From assembly GCA_047495785.1 (NCBI GenBank), contig JBLDXI010000013.1, positions 248,001 to 312,000 of the forward strand: 64,000 nt of DNA, read 5' to 3'. The notes under the pieces are model-generated. The model had not been told where the DNA came from, searched no databases, and saw only the letters and a list, made by a program, of their open reading frames with translations. Position 1 is the first letter of the stretch. Each line of letters begins with the position of its first letter. Origin of the DNA: Lepidodermella squamata. Its lineage: Eukaryota; Animalia; Gastrotricha. Shown here in pieces: positions 41,002 through 54,524 of the stretch. The position numbers and the translations under genes were made by a program.

Positions 41002-42658
41002 ATGAACGAGGAGACCAAAGTCATTTACTACTTTGATGAAGAGCCTACGCCATATTTGGTGAAGTTACCGCTTGCTCCGGAAAAAGTGACACTTTTAGGT
41101 ACTCCAGCTTCATTCAATTGCTTATTTCTTCAACATTACATTTTTGCCTATCTAGATTTCAAAAGTGCCCTCAACAAACCTGGTTTCAAGTACTTCTTTA
41201 AATCTGTGGATGATGATCTCGGCGTTGTTAAAGAAGAGATTACAAGTGATGCAGCGTTGCTCCCCCATATCAACGGGAAAGCTATATGTTGGCTGGTTCC
41301 GTCTGATGAGATGATTCAGCACCAAGCAGACGCAGCTGCTAACAACAACGGTATGGCACAAGGTAACTCAGTCGGCTCGGCAACATCTGTTGGCATGACA
41401 CAACAGCAGAATATGAGTAATCACAACCGACGCTACCAGCATCAGCAGATTCCACAGCCACCTCGCCGTTATCAGCCTCCAATGGCCAACACTATCACTA
41501 CTACTGATGCTGAATCAACACTGTTTGACGGGGAATCGGAAGATGATCGCTATTCACTTACGACTGAAACGACGGCACGGTCAGCCAGCCATCATCGCAT
41601 GGCTGCGCAGAGGCGAAGGTGGCAGCGCCAGCAGCGCAGAGGGCCTGTTAGTCGGGCATCATCAGTCACTAGTATCACAGACTCTTCGACTTCCCTAAAT
41701 ATTGTTACCGTAACTCTTAACTTGGACAACCGCAGTTTTCTCGGGATAAGTGTAGTCGGGCAAACGAGCCCCGATGGAGCAGATGGAGGTATTTACGTTG
41801 GATCAGTTATGAAAGGCGGCGCTGTTGCTGAGGACGGCAGGATTGAGCCAGGCGATATGATTCTGGTAGCTTAAATACTAAATTCAGTAATTAAATGATT
41901 GCAAATATTAACTTATTTATTTAGGAGGTGAATGGAATTTTATTTGAAGAGCTCAGCAATGACGAAGCTGTTCGTGTTCTCAGAGAAGCAGTGCAAAAGC
42001 CAGGGTAATTTTTTAATGACTAATTAATCGGAAGTAATTTTTACGCCATTTCAGGCTAATATCTCTAGTTGTTGCCAAGGCTTGGGATCGTTATCCGCGA
42101 GGTTACGTGGCTTCCTTACCATGCCCACGAGATGAACCTGTACAGCCAATTGATCCGGCCGCTTGGGCTGAGCATTCCGCCCAGGTCCAGGCTCAAGTCA
42201 GGGCAGGCTCGCTATCCGATGTTGATAGCCGATTGCACGGTGCTCAAAGTATGAGCACTGTTGCTGGAACCATTACAACGTTGACATCGGGTTCATTGTC
42301 GAAAAATGACGGCGTTTTTGACGAATCTTTGATTGCTCCGTCCTCCGCTATTGGCATGCCGTTATCTGTAGGCATGGATATGCTCCAGATCGTAAAGGCT
42401 ATGGCAGCACCGGACTCTGGTCTTGACATTCGTGATCGGAAGTGGCTCAAGATGTCAATACCAAATGCTTTTGTTGGCTCGGATCTAGTCGACTGGCTTT
42501 ATTTACGCGTCGCCGGCTTCCACGACAAAAGGGATGCGAAAAAGTATGCAAGTCAGTTGTTAGCGTCCCGGTATATAATTCACGTAGCGAAAGAACGCTC
42601 TTTCCGCGAGGAGTGTTACTACGTGTTCTCAGATCTTGCTTATGGACAATGGTTATAG
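41002..42658 (+). CDS. DVL: Dishevelled (DIX-PDZ-DEP)
   Basis: DIX: EETKVIYYFDEEPTPYLVK..YFFKSVDDDLGVVKEEI. PDZ: SLNIVTVTLN..FLGISVVGQ..DGGIYVGSVMKGGAVAEDGRIEPGDMIL. RDEPVQPIDPAAW. DEP: PDSGLDIRDRKWLKMSIPNAFVGSDLVDWL..FREECYYVF. 3' end uncertain. Confidence 0.97.
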
Positions 42659-43323
42659 ACTGACACTTGCCAAAGTCTAGCTGACACCTCATTCTGGTCA
42701 TAACTCACGGTCTTCCTATTGTTAAATTTTAAGATCAACCGCTTGTTTTCGCTGATTGATGAACTATGCAATGTGCTGCAAATTTGTGGGCGTTGCCGTT
42801 CCTGATTTTTGTTTAAATCTGTTCAAATTCTAACTTGATGCATGAAGTAATAGATCGGTCATATAATGGCCATCTACCGCTGGTTTTCCGCTGATTTATG
42901 TTCTTCTATGCTTTCATAGCCTTTAGGCAACGCCGATATGTTTTGCTCACTAAAATCTATTATGTATATTTCGATTTGCCGATATTATGCATGCCCAAGT
43001 GTGTTTGCCTATTTCCGAAACTGGGTGCCAATTTAGAGATCATGCTGCTCTGAGCAGTGAACTGTTAATTGAAGTTTTTCCTGCTAGAGAAGTTGCCGCC
43101 TTGTTTTTAAAGACGTCGCAACTTTCTCCTGTTGTCTTTTGTTGTTTCTGACGATGCCAAAGCTCTGATGATGTTAATCTAATCAATTTCTTTTCATTTT
43201 TTACTCGAAAGCGTGTCTTGAGCGCAGTTTCGTTACATTTGTTTTGGTATTGAAACAAATATTTGAAGTCGGTTTTGTTTTCTCTCTTAGATCTTTAAAC
43301 ATATTTGAATCTGGTAATTTATT

Positions 43324-44711
43324 ATGCCCAATCGGACTGACGGCCCTGCTGTTGGCGTAGTAGAAATTAAAAGCAAATTCGATGCCGAATTCCGTGTAAG
43401 TTGAAGCAATTGTACCTTTCCAATCAGTTATAGCCATTAATTTTTCTAGAGATTCGCGGTCGATCGGCTGCAAACACTGCAGTTTTCGGAATTCTATAAA
43501 ATGGTTTGTCGGCTGCACAAGCTCGACGACGCTGACACGACTATATCGTACAGTGATCGTGACGGCGAACTCTTGCCGATTAATAACGACAGCAACCTTG
43601 CCCACGCTTTGAGCCGGGCCGCATCCAATGGGTCCCTTCTCCGGTTGGTCGTCCAGCGGAAAGGCGACAACATGTACAGCTTACATCCTAGTTCGCGAAG
43701 TGCCGTGCCGCTGATTGGCAAACTCATTCCGCCCAAATCGCAGTCCCGCCCTCGCGTCGACATCGGCCAGCCGATCAGCTTCCGGCCTGTCTCCGCCATT
43801 ATTGACGTCGACCTGGTGCCCGCAAGCCACATGCGGGTAAAACTGATGAAAAACGGCTCTGACCGGCCGTTGGGTTTCTACATCCGAGACGGCGTGTCCC
43901 TTCGCGTTACTCCGTCTGGGGTAGAAAAAGTTCCTGGTATTTTTATTTCTCGCCTCGTGCCTGGAGGACTCGCCCAACATACTGGGTTATTGTCGGTCGG
44001 CGACGAAGTCTTGGAAGTCAATGGTATCGATGTTGGTGACAAAACCTTGGACCAAGTTACCGATATGATGATCGCCAATGCGAACAATTTGATAATCACT
44101 GTTAAACCTGTAAGTTGAGCATACTTATTTTCGATTTCGGCTGAACCTATATTTGACTTTAAGGCTAATCAACAACTCACTCTCGCTGCTGGCCGGCGAA
44201 ACAGTTCTTCTCAAAGATCAAAACCCCAAAAGCTGCCACATTCTTCCAGTTCCCAGGTTCGTTGTATTGGAAATTAAACTATACCTACTTGACTTTCATT
44301 TCGTTTTAGCCTCAGATTTCGCTAGCCGCACATTCCAGTTCGCCCACCGATCTCCATCAAAAACCTATAGCACCCATCGGTAGTCCGTCCCACAGCGGAG
44401 GCAGTAATGCTGGTACGACATCGGCAAAAGCGGATACAAGCATCGTTGTCGAGGACGAAGACTCCAGCGATAGTGACCTCGAAGCGGACGAAGTGCATGT
44501 GCACGATGCTGTGGATGAGTCGCCGACCAAGGCGAGTAACAGCAACATTGCTTCGGTCGAACATCGCTTCCACTCGCCTGCGGAAATTAACAACAGTCAC
44601 GATTCTGACGAGGAAAACGTGTCCGACAGCGAAAATTTTCGCGAGTCCGAACACTACCAGGCGACATCGTCTAGCAACAAGTTGTCTAAAGACTCAGTGC
44701 TAAGGATTTAA
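43324..44711 (+). CDS. PARD6: Partitioning defective 6 (PB1, semi-CRIB, PDZ, C-terminal PDZ-binding motif); 4 exons
   Basis: VEIKSKFDAEFRRF, DGELLPINNDSNL, IGQPISFRPVSAIIDVDLVP, PLGFYIRDG..VPGIFISRLVPGGLA..DQVTDMMIAN; ends DSVLRI. Confidence 0.98.
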
Positions 44712-45707
44712 AAGTTGTTATCTGCATAGCAAGTCTATTCAATTACTTTTTGATTCTATCTGAAGTATCTTAATATTTGTTCGATGGGATCATCGCGCCG
44801 TGCTTTTTATACTTCTACGTGAAGAGAAAGAAATTTCTAATAATATGCAAGGTTGATTTATATGGTGAAAGCTTTGCTTGCTTATATACTGAATCGCCCG
44901 ATGTGTATGTGGGCGTAGCTGCTGCTGCTCGCTCTTTTGTTATTGTTGTTTCCGATCAGCTTGCTTATTATACTCTATTCTGGTTTACTTTTTTCTAATG
45001 GCCTTGCTGCTACGGTTTCTCAGTGCGATTTTTAAGTTTATATGGCAAATGCCCTCGGTTTACATACCCTGGTTTTTGTTTCTCAATTTGTTTTCATGCA
45101 GCTCCGGCCAATCTGCGTTTTACTTTAATGAAGTGCTTGCCTTGTGCCGTAGCTCAGAACGGTCGGCAGTCATCTGCATAATTTCAATGGATCCTATGGA
45201 CCAAAATTCACTGATAGTTGATAGTTAGTCTATTAACTACTACCGATTTTCACCCGTCATACTTCTGAGTTTTCGTTGGCTTTCGGGATCAAATCTTATC
45301 AATTGAAGAGTTCAAGGCATTTGTACAGTGAGCTCTCTCGAGTCTTCCAAAAATCATTCATAATCCTTTAATCTAAACCCATTTTTGCGATTATCATTTA
45401 TACCAATTATTAATTCTACTTGTTTGTGTGAATAATAATCATATGCGGCAATCGAGATTCGATAAAGTATTGTACATAAAATCAATGACTTATTCACACT
45501 TTGAATAATAAACGTGATGTTGCGCTTGAATCTGATCAGTTCAATCAAAATAATCGAAACAATATCATTTATTGTCGTCATGAAAAGTATAGAAATACAT
45601 GCACGTCATCACTATAAGTTAATCTACACAATATGAAACTGAAATGTCGAAGCACCAGCGAAAGCAAACATCAAAATAGAAGGCCGAGATGCGTATCTAA
45701 TAATTCT

Positions 45708-47129
45708 TCAACCCAGCAGCAAATCCACGTCTATACCAACTATGTTGACTGTCGCGGAATTGGCACAACGTCTTAATATTCGCATAATTTGACCGATGGA
45801 ATCGGGATTTCGAGTGTAAAAATATGCAACTCCCAAAGCTATTGTAGATGCAGCAACCGCTCGTGCTTGTTGAGAGTGATAAAGGGAATAGCCCAATTGC
45901 CAAAAACGTGAGTATCTAAAAAGAAAAGAGAGGTAACATGACATGATAAGTTACATGTAACGGCAACAAACCCAAGTAATGATTGGTTGTTTCGACGTAA
46001 CACAGCGCTCCTATACATTCGCTGTTGCTCGGAACGAGATCGAATTAGTTCACGCGCTTCCTCTTCCACGGATTCCAATGGAACATCATCGTGGAGCTTT
46101 ATGGAATCTTTTATCACTTTCTCAATCGGGATCGAATCAGGTATGGATTTCACATATTGAAAGACTTCAGTCATCTCTGGTTGACAGGAAGTAATACCCT
46201 CCGCATGATACAGAATCAACTAATTATAAATAGAAAATTCGGCTACACTTAAGCAAGCAAAACGATCCTAAAAACATACTGCCGCCGAAAAATATATTGG
46301 CATGAATCGATCTCCCATCGCTAGGAAAAAGTCGAAAATCCGACAGATTTCCTCCAGGGTCACCGAGCCAACATGGTAGCCAAGCCACGTAAGAATCCAA
46401 GATATACAACTGATCACGAAACAGTCAAAACAGTATTATTGATTTATATTGAACCTTACACTGTTTCCCTTAAATCCGCACTTTCTAAGAATTGTCGAAG
46501 CTTAGGATTGATTCGGCCAACTATTGGGAAAATATAGCTCAAAAAATCCCACATTTTCTCGCCCTTGCGATCAAGCATAAGATGTCGAAAATGTATTGCC
46601 GTAATTTCACGGCCAAGTCGATAAGCCAATAGAACGTCATTAGCAGCAACTTTGAGTATGACGGCGCAAACAACATTAAATCCCTAAACATGACAATAGA
46701 AACTATATTTGTTGCTTTTGGTCAAATTCAAACCTGAAAGTAGCACAGTTCCTTATCGTTCAGTAACACTGCCATTATAACACGGGTCAATTTCGCCTTC
46801 ATGACTTCCACATCGTCCGATTCTTCAAACCACATCACCGATCGATGAACGTCGGCAACGATGACTGACCAGTCGAGATGACTAGCGAAATCACGCTCTT
46901 CGTCCAAAGAATTAACAAAATTTGTGTCTTCCTCAATTACTTTTGCATCGCACGATAAATCGCAAAGTAGAGGCCAGGCTGATCGACGAAGATCATCATT
47001 TATCAGCCCATCCGTCCCCACAGCGGCGTTTCTCACAGTTAATGCATCATTGTTGGACACTGCCGCTGCAATAAAAGCAATTTTTTTGTCATTAAGGTTC
47101 GGCGTCTCGATATTGCCATCAATAACCAT
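45708..47129 (-). CDS. TBC1D20: TBC1D20-type Rab GAP with C-terminal transmembrane anchor; 5 exons
   Basis: GLINDDLRRSAWPLL, IVADVHRS (IxxDxxR), CYFQG (YxQG), ISWILTWLGY..RIFDFFLA..MPIYFSAA, and a hydrophobic tail AVAASTIALGVAYFY. Confidence 0.88.
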
Positions 47130-48484
47130 TGTGTAATAGAATCTAAACGACATTTTTTAGAAAAATGCAATCAACGAGGAAACGTGATCACTTCCTACAA
47201 GCTGAAATCTGAAATGGTGTCAGCACATTTCAGAGTATAAATATCGAAGTTATCGTAAATCACTGATTGCGCTTGTTCGTCGGCGGGCCACCGCGAGGCA
47301 TTGAGCTCAGATCGATGGCACAATCAACCTTAACCTTGGACCAATGTAAAATGTCATCTCCTGTTCATCTGTCAGCAATTTGAATGCTTTTTTCTACTAT
47401 TTCTAATAAATATAGCCGGATACATAATTAAGGGAAATGTATTAGGTGCCAGTACTTCACTAGCTGTTAAGCCGGTAAATCTTGGCTGGGAAGTAGCGAA
47501 TAGCGAAGAACCAAACTTTTGGCGCTTGGCGCTAACTGATCTGTTACTTTCGAGCCAGCATATCCCAGGAAAAACTATGATCAAGGGTATATCGATTCCC
47601 AACTCAATTTACTTCAAGGTCAGCAAGCGTTTAGAAACGTTTTCTACGTCTGCATCTTTCATTAGCGTCTATCGCAGGTTCACGGTGCTCGATCATTCTT
47701 CCCTAAAACCTAAAACGTTCGGGGAGAAATGGGGGATGAGCGCTCAGCACAACGCAGGTTAATGGTTGGTTGGATCTTGGATCAACTCTCAACTCTCAAC
47801 TCGTCTTCAACGATCATCCGCAGGCCGTAAGTCGATGATCAATCATATCATCAACGTAAGATCTACCCTACGGCATATTTCGTACTGCCCAAGCTAAACA
47901 TCTGATTATCCGTCGATATTTCAACAGCTAGTTGAATACACTAAATCTCAACTAATTTAATACTTTTGGAAATTTCTTTAAAATATAAATGTGAATAGCA
48001 AAATATATTGAATTTATGGTATTGGCACGTGACATCGATTGATTGAAAAGTTGCTCGATTTTAAGGCTTTACCTGGCTGGCTCTCTGACTTCCTACTCGA
48101 AGAAGCCTAACACGACACCATACGCCACCATACGCCACCAGCAAGGTGAAGGGCGATAGCTTGTGTCCGCCCGGGCAAGAAATAGTAAATGCCGCCTCGT
48201 ATTTCGTGATCCGAGAGCTACTCCAAGAGTAGCCTACTCCGGGAGTAGGTATTATTTATAGCAACTGCTCTCAGAGTAAAGTGATCGTGTCTAACATGTT
48301 GCAGTGAATCGGTGAGTGGTGGCTGGCTGAACATTCCGAATTTCTCTCGACAACTCAACTCTTTTATTTCTTCACAGCATTACGAATTACGAGAGAATTT
48401 TTGATCTCCAATCAAGTTGATTTTTAATTCTGGGGATTCGATAGGTAAACGTATTAAAAACAGAATACATGAGGATACATGAGA

Positions 48485-49959
48485 ATGGCTGAAGTCTCAT
48501 TTAGCAAAGTTGTATCATGCTCGAGTGAGGAAAGTGGCCATGGGGCTGCAAATCTTCTTAAACCAAGTGTTGCATCTGGCAAATGGCGGGGAAAGGCCGG
48601 CGAAAAGAGTGTTAGCGTCGTCTTACAACTCGAGCGCCCCGTTATTATTGGACAAATTGATATAGGTAACAATTTTTCCGCCTTTGTTGAAGGTAGGCCG
48701 CTGCATTTAGAATAATTATCTGAAATAAGTTTCTCCCTATATCGATCAGTATTGGTAGGGAAATCAGCCACATCTGTCAGCGATTTTACAGTTATTGTGC
48801 CATCGTCGTCTTTCATGAGCCCTGCTGAATGTAAATTGCAACAAGGAGGAAACAGCTGCCGCGTTAGAATGTTTGATGCTGAAAAGCTTGCTAAGTCTGC
48901 TTGTGGAGATTCTTGGGATCTGGTGAAAATTGTTTGCACCCAGCCATTCAACAAAACAATTCCTTTCGGAATATCATTTATTAAAATATTTGCGAAAATG
49001 ACGGATCAATCAGCCGCCAAAATCGACGCGCCTCCCACCGTCTCGGCTCTAGCCCTTCCTACTATTATACAAAAATCCGATGATAGCAAGAAAGGAATTC
49101 AAGCTTCTGATAGCGCAGCACCTTCCAGGCCTGCTATCGACGTATCGGAAGTAAAGCGTCCTTCAAAGCGGGCATCGTCACCTATCAGTCAAAATCCTGA
49201 ACCGAAAAGATCAAAAGAGGAGAAAAGTTCTGATGTTGGCAGCAAACCTCTTTTGTCTGGTGTCGTTTTCGTCCTAAGTGGGTTTCAAAACCCGGAACGA
49301 GGAATCTTGCGAAATAAAGCGATCGATCTGGGTGCAAAATATGAAGCAGACTGGACACAGTCAAGTACGCATCTAATTTGTGCATTTGCGAACACTCCCA
49401 AGTTCAACCAAGTTCTTGGAAAGGGAAAGATAGTTTCAAAGAAGTGGATAGAAGATTGCCACTCTAAAAATGCGCTTCTCGATTGGCGGAAGTATGACAT
49501 GACTCAAAGTTTGACTGATTGACTTGGAAACTCCGAAGCCTTAAATAATTATAAATTTCAGAGAAATCTACCGGGGATACCATTGACGATGCTCCGGCCA
49601 ATCAGGAAAAAAACGACAAGAAGACTTCGAAGACTAAAAGAGAACCGCATGACGCCGAGAATACAATTAAGGACTTGAATGACGATTTGCCTGATATTTT
49701 TAAATCGAAACGATTTTTTCTTGATTCATCGATTGACAAACCGAGCGCTGCGAAAATTGACCGCTTAATAGTTGCTTACGGTGGTTCTGTGAGTGGCAAG
49801 TTGTCATCAGCCACTGATTATATAGTTGCAAATGACGGGGCTGATGTTGATAGTTACGAGCTCAACCACCCCGAAATTCCCATCGTTCGACCGGATTGGA
49901 TCAAATCTTGTCAACGAAAACAGAAAATGCTACCTATTGATCAATTTATTCTTTCCTAG
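48485..49959 (+). CDS. XRCC1: DNA repair protein XRCC1 (NTD, BRCT1, BRCT2); 3 exons
   Basis: [103 protein letters not shown], and a second [21 protein letters not shown]. Confidence 0.96.
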
Positions 49960-50041
49960 TGTTTTCAGTTTCTTTCATTTGTACTGTTCTTATGAAACTT
50001 GCAGTGTTATCTTTCTATTCGATGTAATTAGGTTTATTAAT

Positions 50042-50949
50042 ATGGCTGTTGAAGGTAGAGGCGTCTTATACATCGGTCATTTGCCGGGGGGCTTTGAGGA
50101 GAAGCAGCTAAAGGAGTATTTTTCGCAATTTGGCTCTGTCACACGGTTGAAGCTTTCAAGGAGCAAAAAGGTAAAAATTTCTGTGATTAATCAACTGTTT
50201 TTTATTCTTTGGCGGAATTGCAGACTGGGAATCCGAAGGGTTATGCATTCGTCGAGTTTTTGTCCAGTGATGTCGCTGAAATCGCCGCCGAATCTATGCA
50301 TGGCTACCTCATGTTTAACAAAGTCTTAAGATGTAAATTGCTTGTTGCGAATCCAATTCCTATTTGATTATTATGTTTCTTCAGGCAAAGTTGTACCCCC
50401 AGAGAAGATTCATCCGTCAATTTTTTCTGGTTGTAGACGTCGCTTTAGACCTACAACCAGCTGGAAGCGATCTGTCGCCGATGTGAATAAAGAGCGAGAT
50501 GAGACAGCCGTCGTGAAAAGTAATCTTAATGCCCATTATTTCTTATTATAAACTGAAAATTCTCAGCTGCGCGCCGTACTTCATCGCGATTGGGGTCTCA
50601 GCTTCGCAAGTTAAGAGCTTTGGGTCTGAATCCGGCGTCTCCTTTCATCAACAAGGTATTGAATTTGCATTGAAAATGAAGAAACTGATATGACTGAATT
50701 ATCTTCTAGCCAGAGAGAAAGTCTTCCTCGGTGACAGAAAAACCTCAGCTGAAACAAAATACTGAATCTGCTATTGTCAGCAATAAGAAATCGGTGAATG
50801 TTCAGTCAAAGAAGAAGACACCATCAGAAGAACAGTTGCAGCCGGTGAAGGATGTCGGAAAACTATCGAAGGCACCGAAGGCCGCTGTCGCTGTTGCGGC
50901 CAAGAAATCTGTTAAGCAGCTGGCAAAGGGAAAGCCGAAGAAAAATTAA
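50042..50949 (+). CDS. NIFK: NIFK/Nop15 nucleolar RRM protein
   Basis: [80 protein letters not shown]; lysine-rich tail. Confidence 0.93.
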
Positions 50950-52518
50950 TGATTGTTGACGATTTTTGAAAATTCCGCTCAACTTCAAAATTAATGTCCA
51001 GAAATGTAACGCAATAAAATGATTCGAAATTCCCATGTTGTTGTAACAAAGCCTTATTTCTTTTTCCGCAAATTCTATGATTGGCTTTCAGCTCATGGGC
51101 AGGAACAGGCAATGACTCTCGCTCAGATTTAATTCTTGGGTTCCCCCTAAAAAAGGCGCCTGTCTAATGAATCGTCCTAAATAATTGATCAATAGGTATG
51201 TGAGGTATAGGGTGCTGAATTGAAAATTATTACCGTAAATACCGAATTATAAGACATTTAATGGCCTCTGAAATTCATCTGCCTTCGCACTTTGCGTGGC
51301 ACCGTCAGTCCATCGCAAGCTGCACGGAACCACAGCTTACGTTCTTTATGCATATGCGTACGCCAATCTCCCTGCATTCTTGTCAAACTCGTGCACTACC
51401 CGCGTCGTGACCATAGCGGCGTAGACATCGTTATGCTAGTGGCTGAGTAAAATAGTTGAAAGGGAGCCTTGTCGAGTGACCAATAGTGTTATAACATTGG
51501 GTTATGTTATTGAATATACGCCACCTCAGAACACTTTCAGCTTCTTCCTTTTCGAGAAATTGTCCGCATTAAACATGGGCATATTATTTTATCCTTAAAA
51601 ATCTTCAATTGATTAGGTATGCGAAATCAGGGCCTAGCCTAACGTATGCAACTTAATGGCTTTTGGCGTAATTGTTAGATATATTATTAACTATAGCATA
51701 TTTTCAGGTTTTAAAAGTAGGAACAATATCTATGATACTTATAGGTATTTGATATTTAATATTGTCCACTAGCTTGATAATATCGCATTAGCGAACGGTT
51801 GATAATTTACTTGAGACACATCTACTAACTGCTAACAAACACGCTCGGTTTGCGTTGAAAAATGCGATTGTGTTGCCATTTACTTAAAGTCAGACGACAT
51901 CAAGTCGTTTGAAAAGCCCGGACAGGTCCATGCCATTCTGAGGAACGGAATACTTCGCGCTTCTGTATTTACACGACGCCGAATTTAACAAAGACGTGGT
52001 ATATATAAGAAAATGAATAGATAGCAATTCCGCGGTGCTAAAAAGAGATCACACTTGCTAAGAATATTTTGTTTACATTGTGAGAAAGTGATGGATTCGC
52101 TAGAAGTATAATTAAATTACAGCTGAAATGGATAACATATAACAGCATCGCTTTCCCACCAGCGGCAGCTTCCTAAGCTTTGTCTAAGCGTAAGCTGTTA
52201 CGTAGCTTTACCTTGAAACTTGTTTAATTCAAGATGCTACGTCGGATGTAACGCCGAGTTGTTATACACCTTCTGGGCTTCGCCCTCTTTGGGCAAAGTT
52301 GCACACCAATGAATTCTCTATTCCCTAGTCAGCATCGCTGACAGGAGGCGCAATTCTGCTCAAATAAATAAATAGTTACCTAAGCCTATTTCCGAATTAT
52401 ATAGCTTTCCATGAATCCATACAACAAGTTTCAGTTTAGAAAACACCTTGCATGAAAGTTCAACTTTTTGTCTTTCTATCTTTTTCTCTAAATTTTATTC
52501 TATAGACTCATCAGTAAC

Positions 52519-53412
52519 ATGTATTTTTCAGTATTTTTGTTGGCAGTCTTCATCAACTACAGCGCATGTCAGTATCCGAATTACTATAACGGGCCGAGCG
52601 CATACGGAGCTCAGCCCACATACGGAGGAAGATTCAATGGCGCAGCACCTTACAACCCGCAGCAACAAGCAGGTCGGCGTCAGCAATATCCAGATACAAG
52701 ATACAGCGGAGCTAACAACGGGGATGTAGATCAAGGCGGCTACGGCAACTATGATTCGAATAGATTCGGAGGTGGTGACACTGGCGGGTACAGAGCACCG
52801 GCGGGAGTAGATCCTACAGGGCGCTACAACAGGGGAGGTGACCCGAACATGGGTTACAGAGGATACCAACCGGTAAACAACCAATATGATTCCGGAATAT
52901 ACCCAGACTATCCTGACGGTGAAGCAGCCCAATCGTGGCAGCCTCAGCAACAACAGCGGCAGCAACCTCAGCGTCAACCAGCGAGAGTTACTACGACGGT
53001 AAAATACATAAATACAGTAAAATTATGACGCATCTTAATCCGTTTCTCGTTCAGACTAAAGAGCCTGAACTTGATCCTTTGTCACCATTGATGGTTCAGA
53101 TGTTGAATAAGTAAGCCTCGCCATGGATTATTGTTTGCCCTGACCTTCTTCCAGTATTTTGAAAGGTAATGAAAGTAGCGCGAACGGCGGAAGGGGCGGC
53201 CAAAGGCAGCCTTCGCAACGAGTTCCTCCTGAGCAAGATCCTCAGATGATGTACCCGGGATACAGGCCTGCTGGACAGGCTGAACCTTACGATCCGTCTT
53301 TTTCGATGTCACCTTTCTTTGGCATGCCTTCGCCTTACCAACAGCAACAACCGCCGCAGTTTCAGCAACAATTCCAACCGCAGCCTCAGCTCCAACAGCA
53401 ACAGATTCCACT

Positions 53413-53470
<58 letters not shown>

Positions 53471-53851
53471 AGGCAGCAACAGCCTTGGCAGCAGCAGCCT
53501 GCGCAACCCTCGCAACAAATACCGCCCTCATCAGTCGCAAGGCAGAGCGAGCCAGTAGTTCCCACCAGCAGGACAAACAACACTGTCCAAGCAGCTCAGG
53601 AGGCACCTTTACTTTCACTCGCAGAGCCACCACAACGCGCGAACGGCGTTTGGCTTCCTGGTAAAAATTTGATCGAGAAAATGTCACTGTGAAATCACTT
53701 CTTTTATTATTTAGGTATTCAACCATCGTTACCCTTCGTGAATCTTGGCGCATCTCCTTTTTCTAACGTTTTCCCAAGTGGACATGCCTCTCAACCAGTC
53801 GCTGAAACCGAACAATCGGATAATGGAAACATGGGTAGAAAGAGGAAATAA
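52519..53851 (+). CDS. Secreted Gly/Tyr/Gln/Pro-rich orphan protein, 4 exons, ending MGRKRK
   Basis: Signal peptide MYFSVFLLAVFINYSAC. Exons about 52519-52998, 53055-53110, 53155-53660 and 53714-53851 join in frame through GT-AG introns. Confidence 0.8.
53414..53470 (+). repeat. (CAGCAA)9+CAG microsatellite encoding Q19
   Basis: Perfect hexamer repeat inside the coding exon. Confidence 0.95.
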
Positions 53852-54524
53852 CCGTTATCAGTCACTTTGCTAGTGCCAGACATATCAGCTGTGAATAATT
53901 TAAACCAAGTTAACCTCTTGGCAATCTATCTATTACCAAAAGGAATTGTAAAAGAGCCACGCTCCTTGTTGCAAACTAAAAGTTAATGCAAATGAAAAAG
54001 CGTACGATTTGAAAAGCTTGAATAAAATCCGATGATGTTTTAAATAAATGTCAAATAAACCATTCGTTTGATACTCCCCAACGGATATTTTATTCATAAT
54101 TTTAGTAGCAAAATTATAGTTATTTCCATGAACGTTAAACCCTAACTTTGAAGTTCGCGTCCTTTCAGGATGTTTCATCAGGACATCGTTTACAGCCAAA
54201 AAATTTGGACAGCAAAGCATTTAGCAACAACAAGGGCATGATCATTAAATGGCTGACATAATTGGAAATTCGTGATGAAACAACAGAGCAATGCAACAGA
54301 GGCTAACTTTTACCATAGTCTCTTGCAGAATCCGTATTTAAAAATCAAAACACCGGTCGACAAGCTATTTGTTCTCGCTTCAAGAGACGCCGTTCGCAGC
54401 CTTAAAAAAAAAACAAAAATGAGTTATGAAGCTCCCAGAAATGATTGCGAACTTTAAATTGCGAAAAATGAGCGAAAAGTAATTGACAGTACATATAAGC
54501 TAACTGCAACGTATGATACCTACC

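Noticed and set aside
47372-47762. Open frames between TBC1D20 and XRCC1, with FSPNVLGFRE faintly RT-like on the minus strand
   Set aside because: A single weak motif with no further ordered RT motifs.
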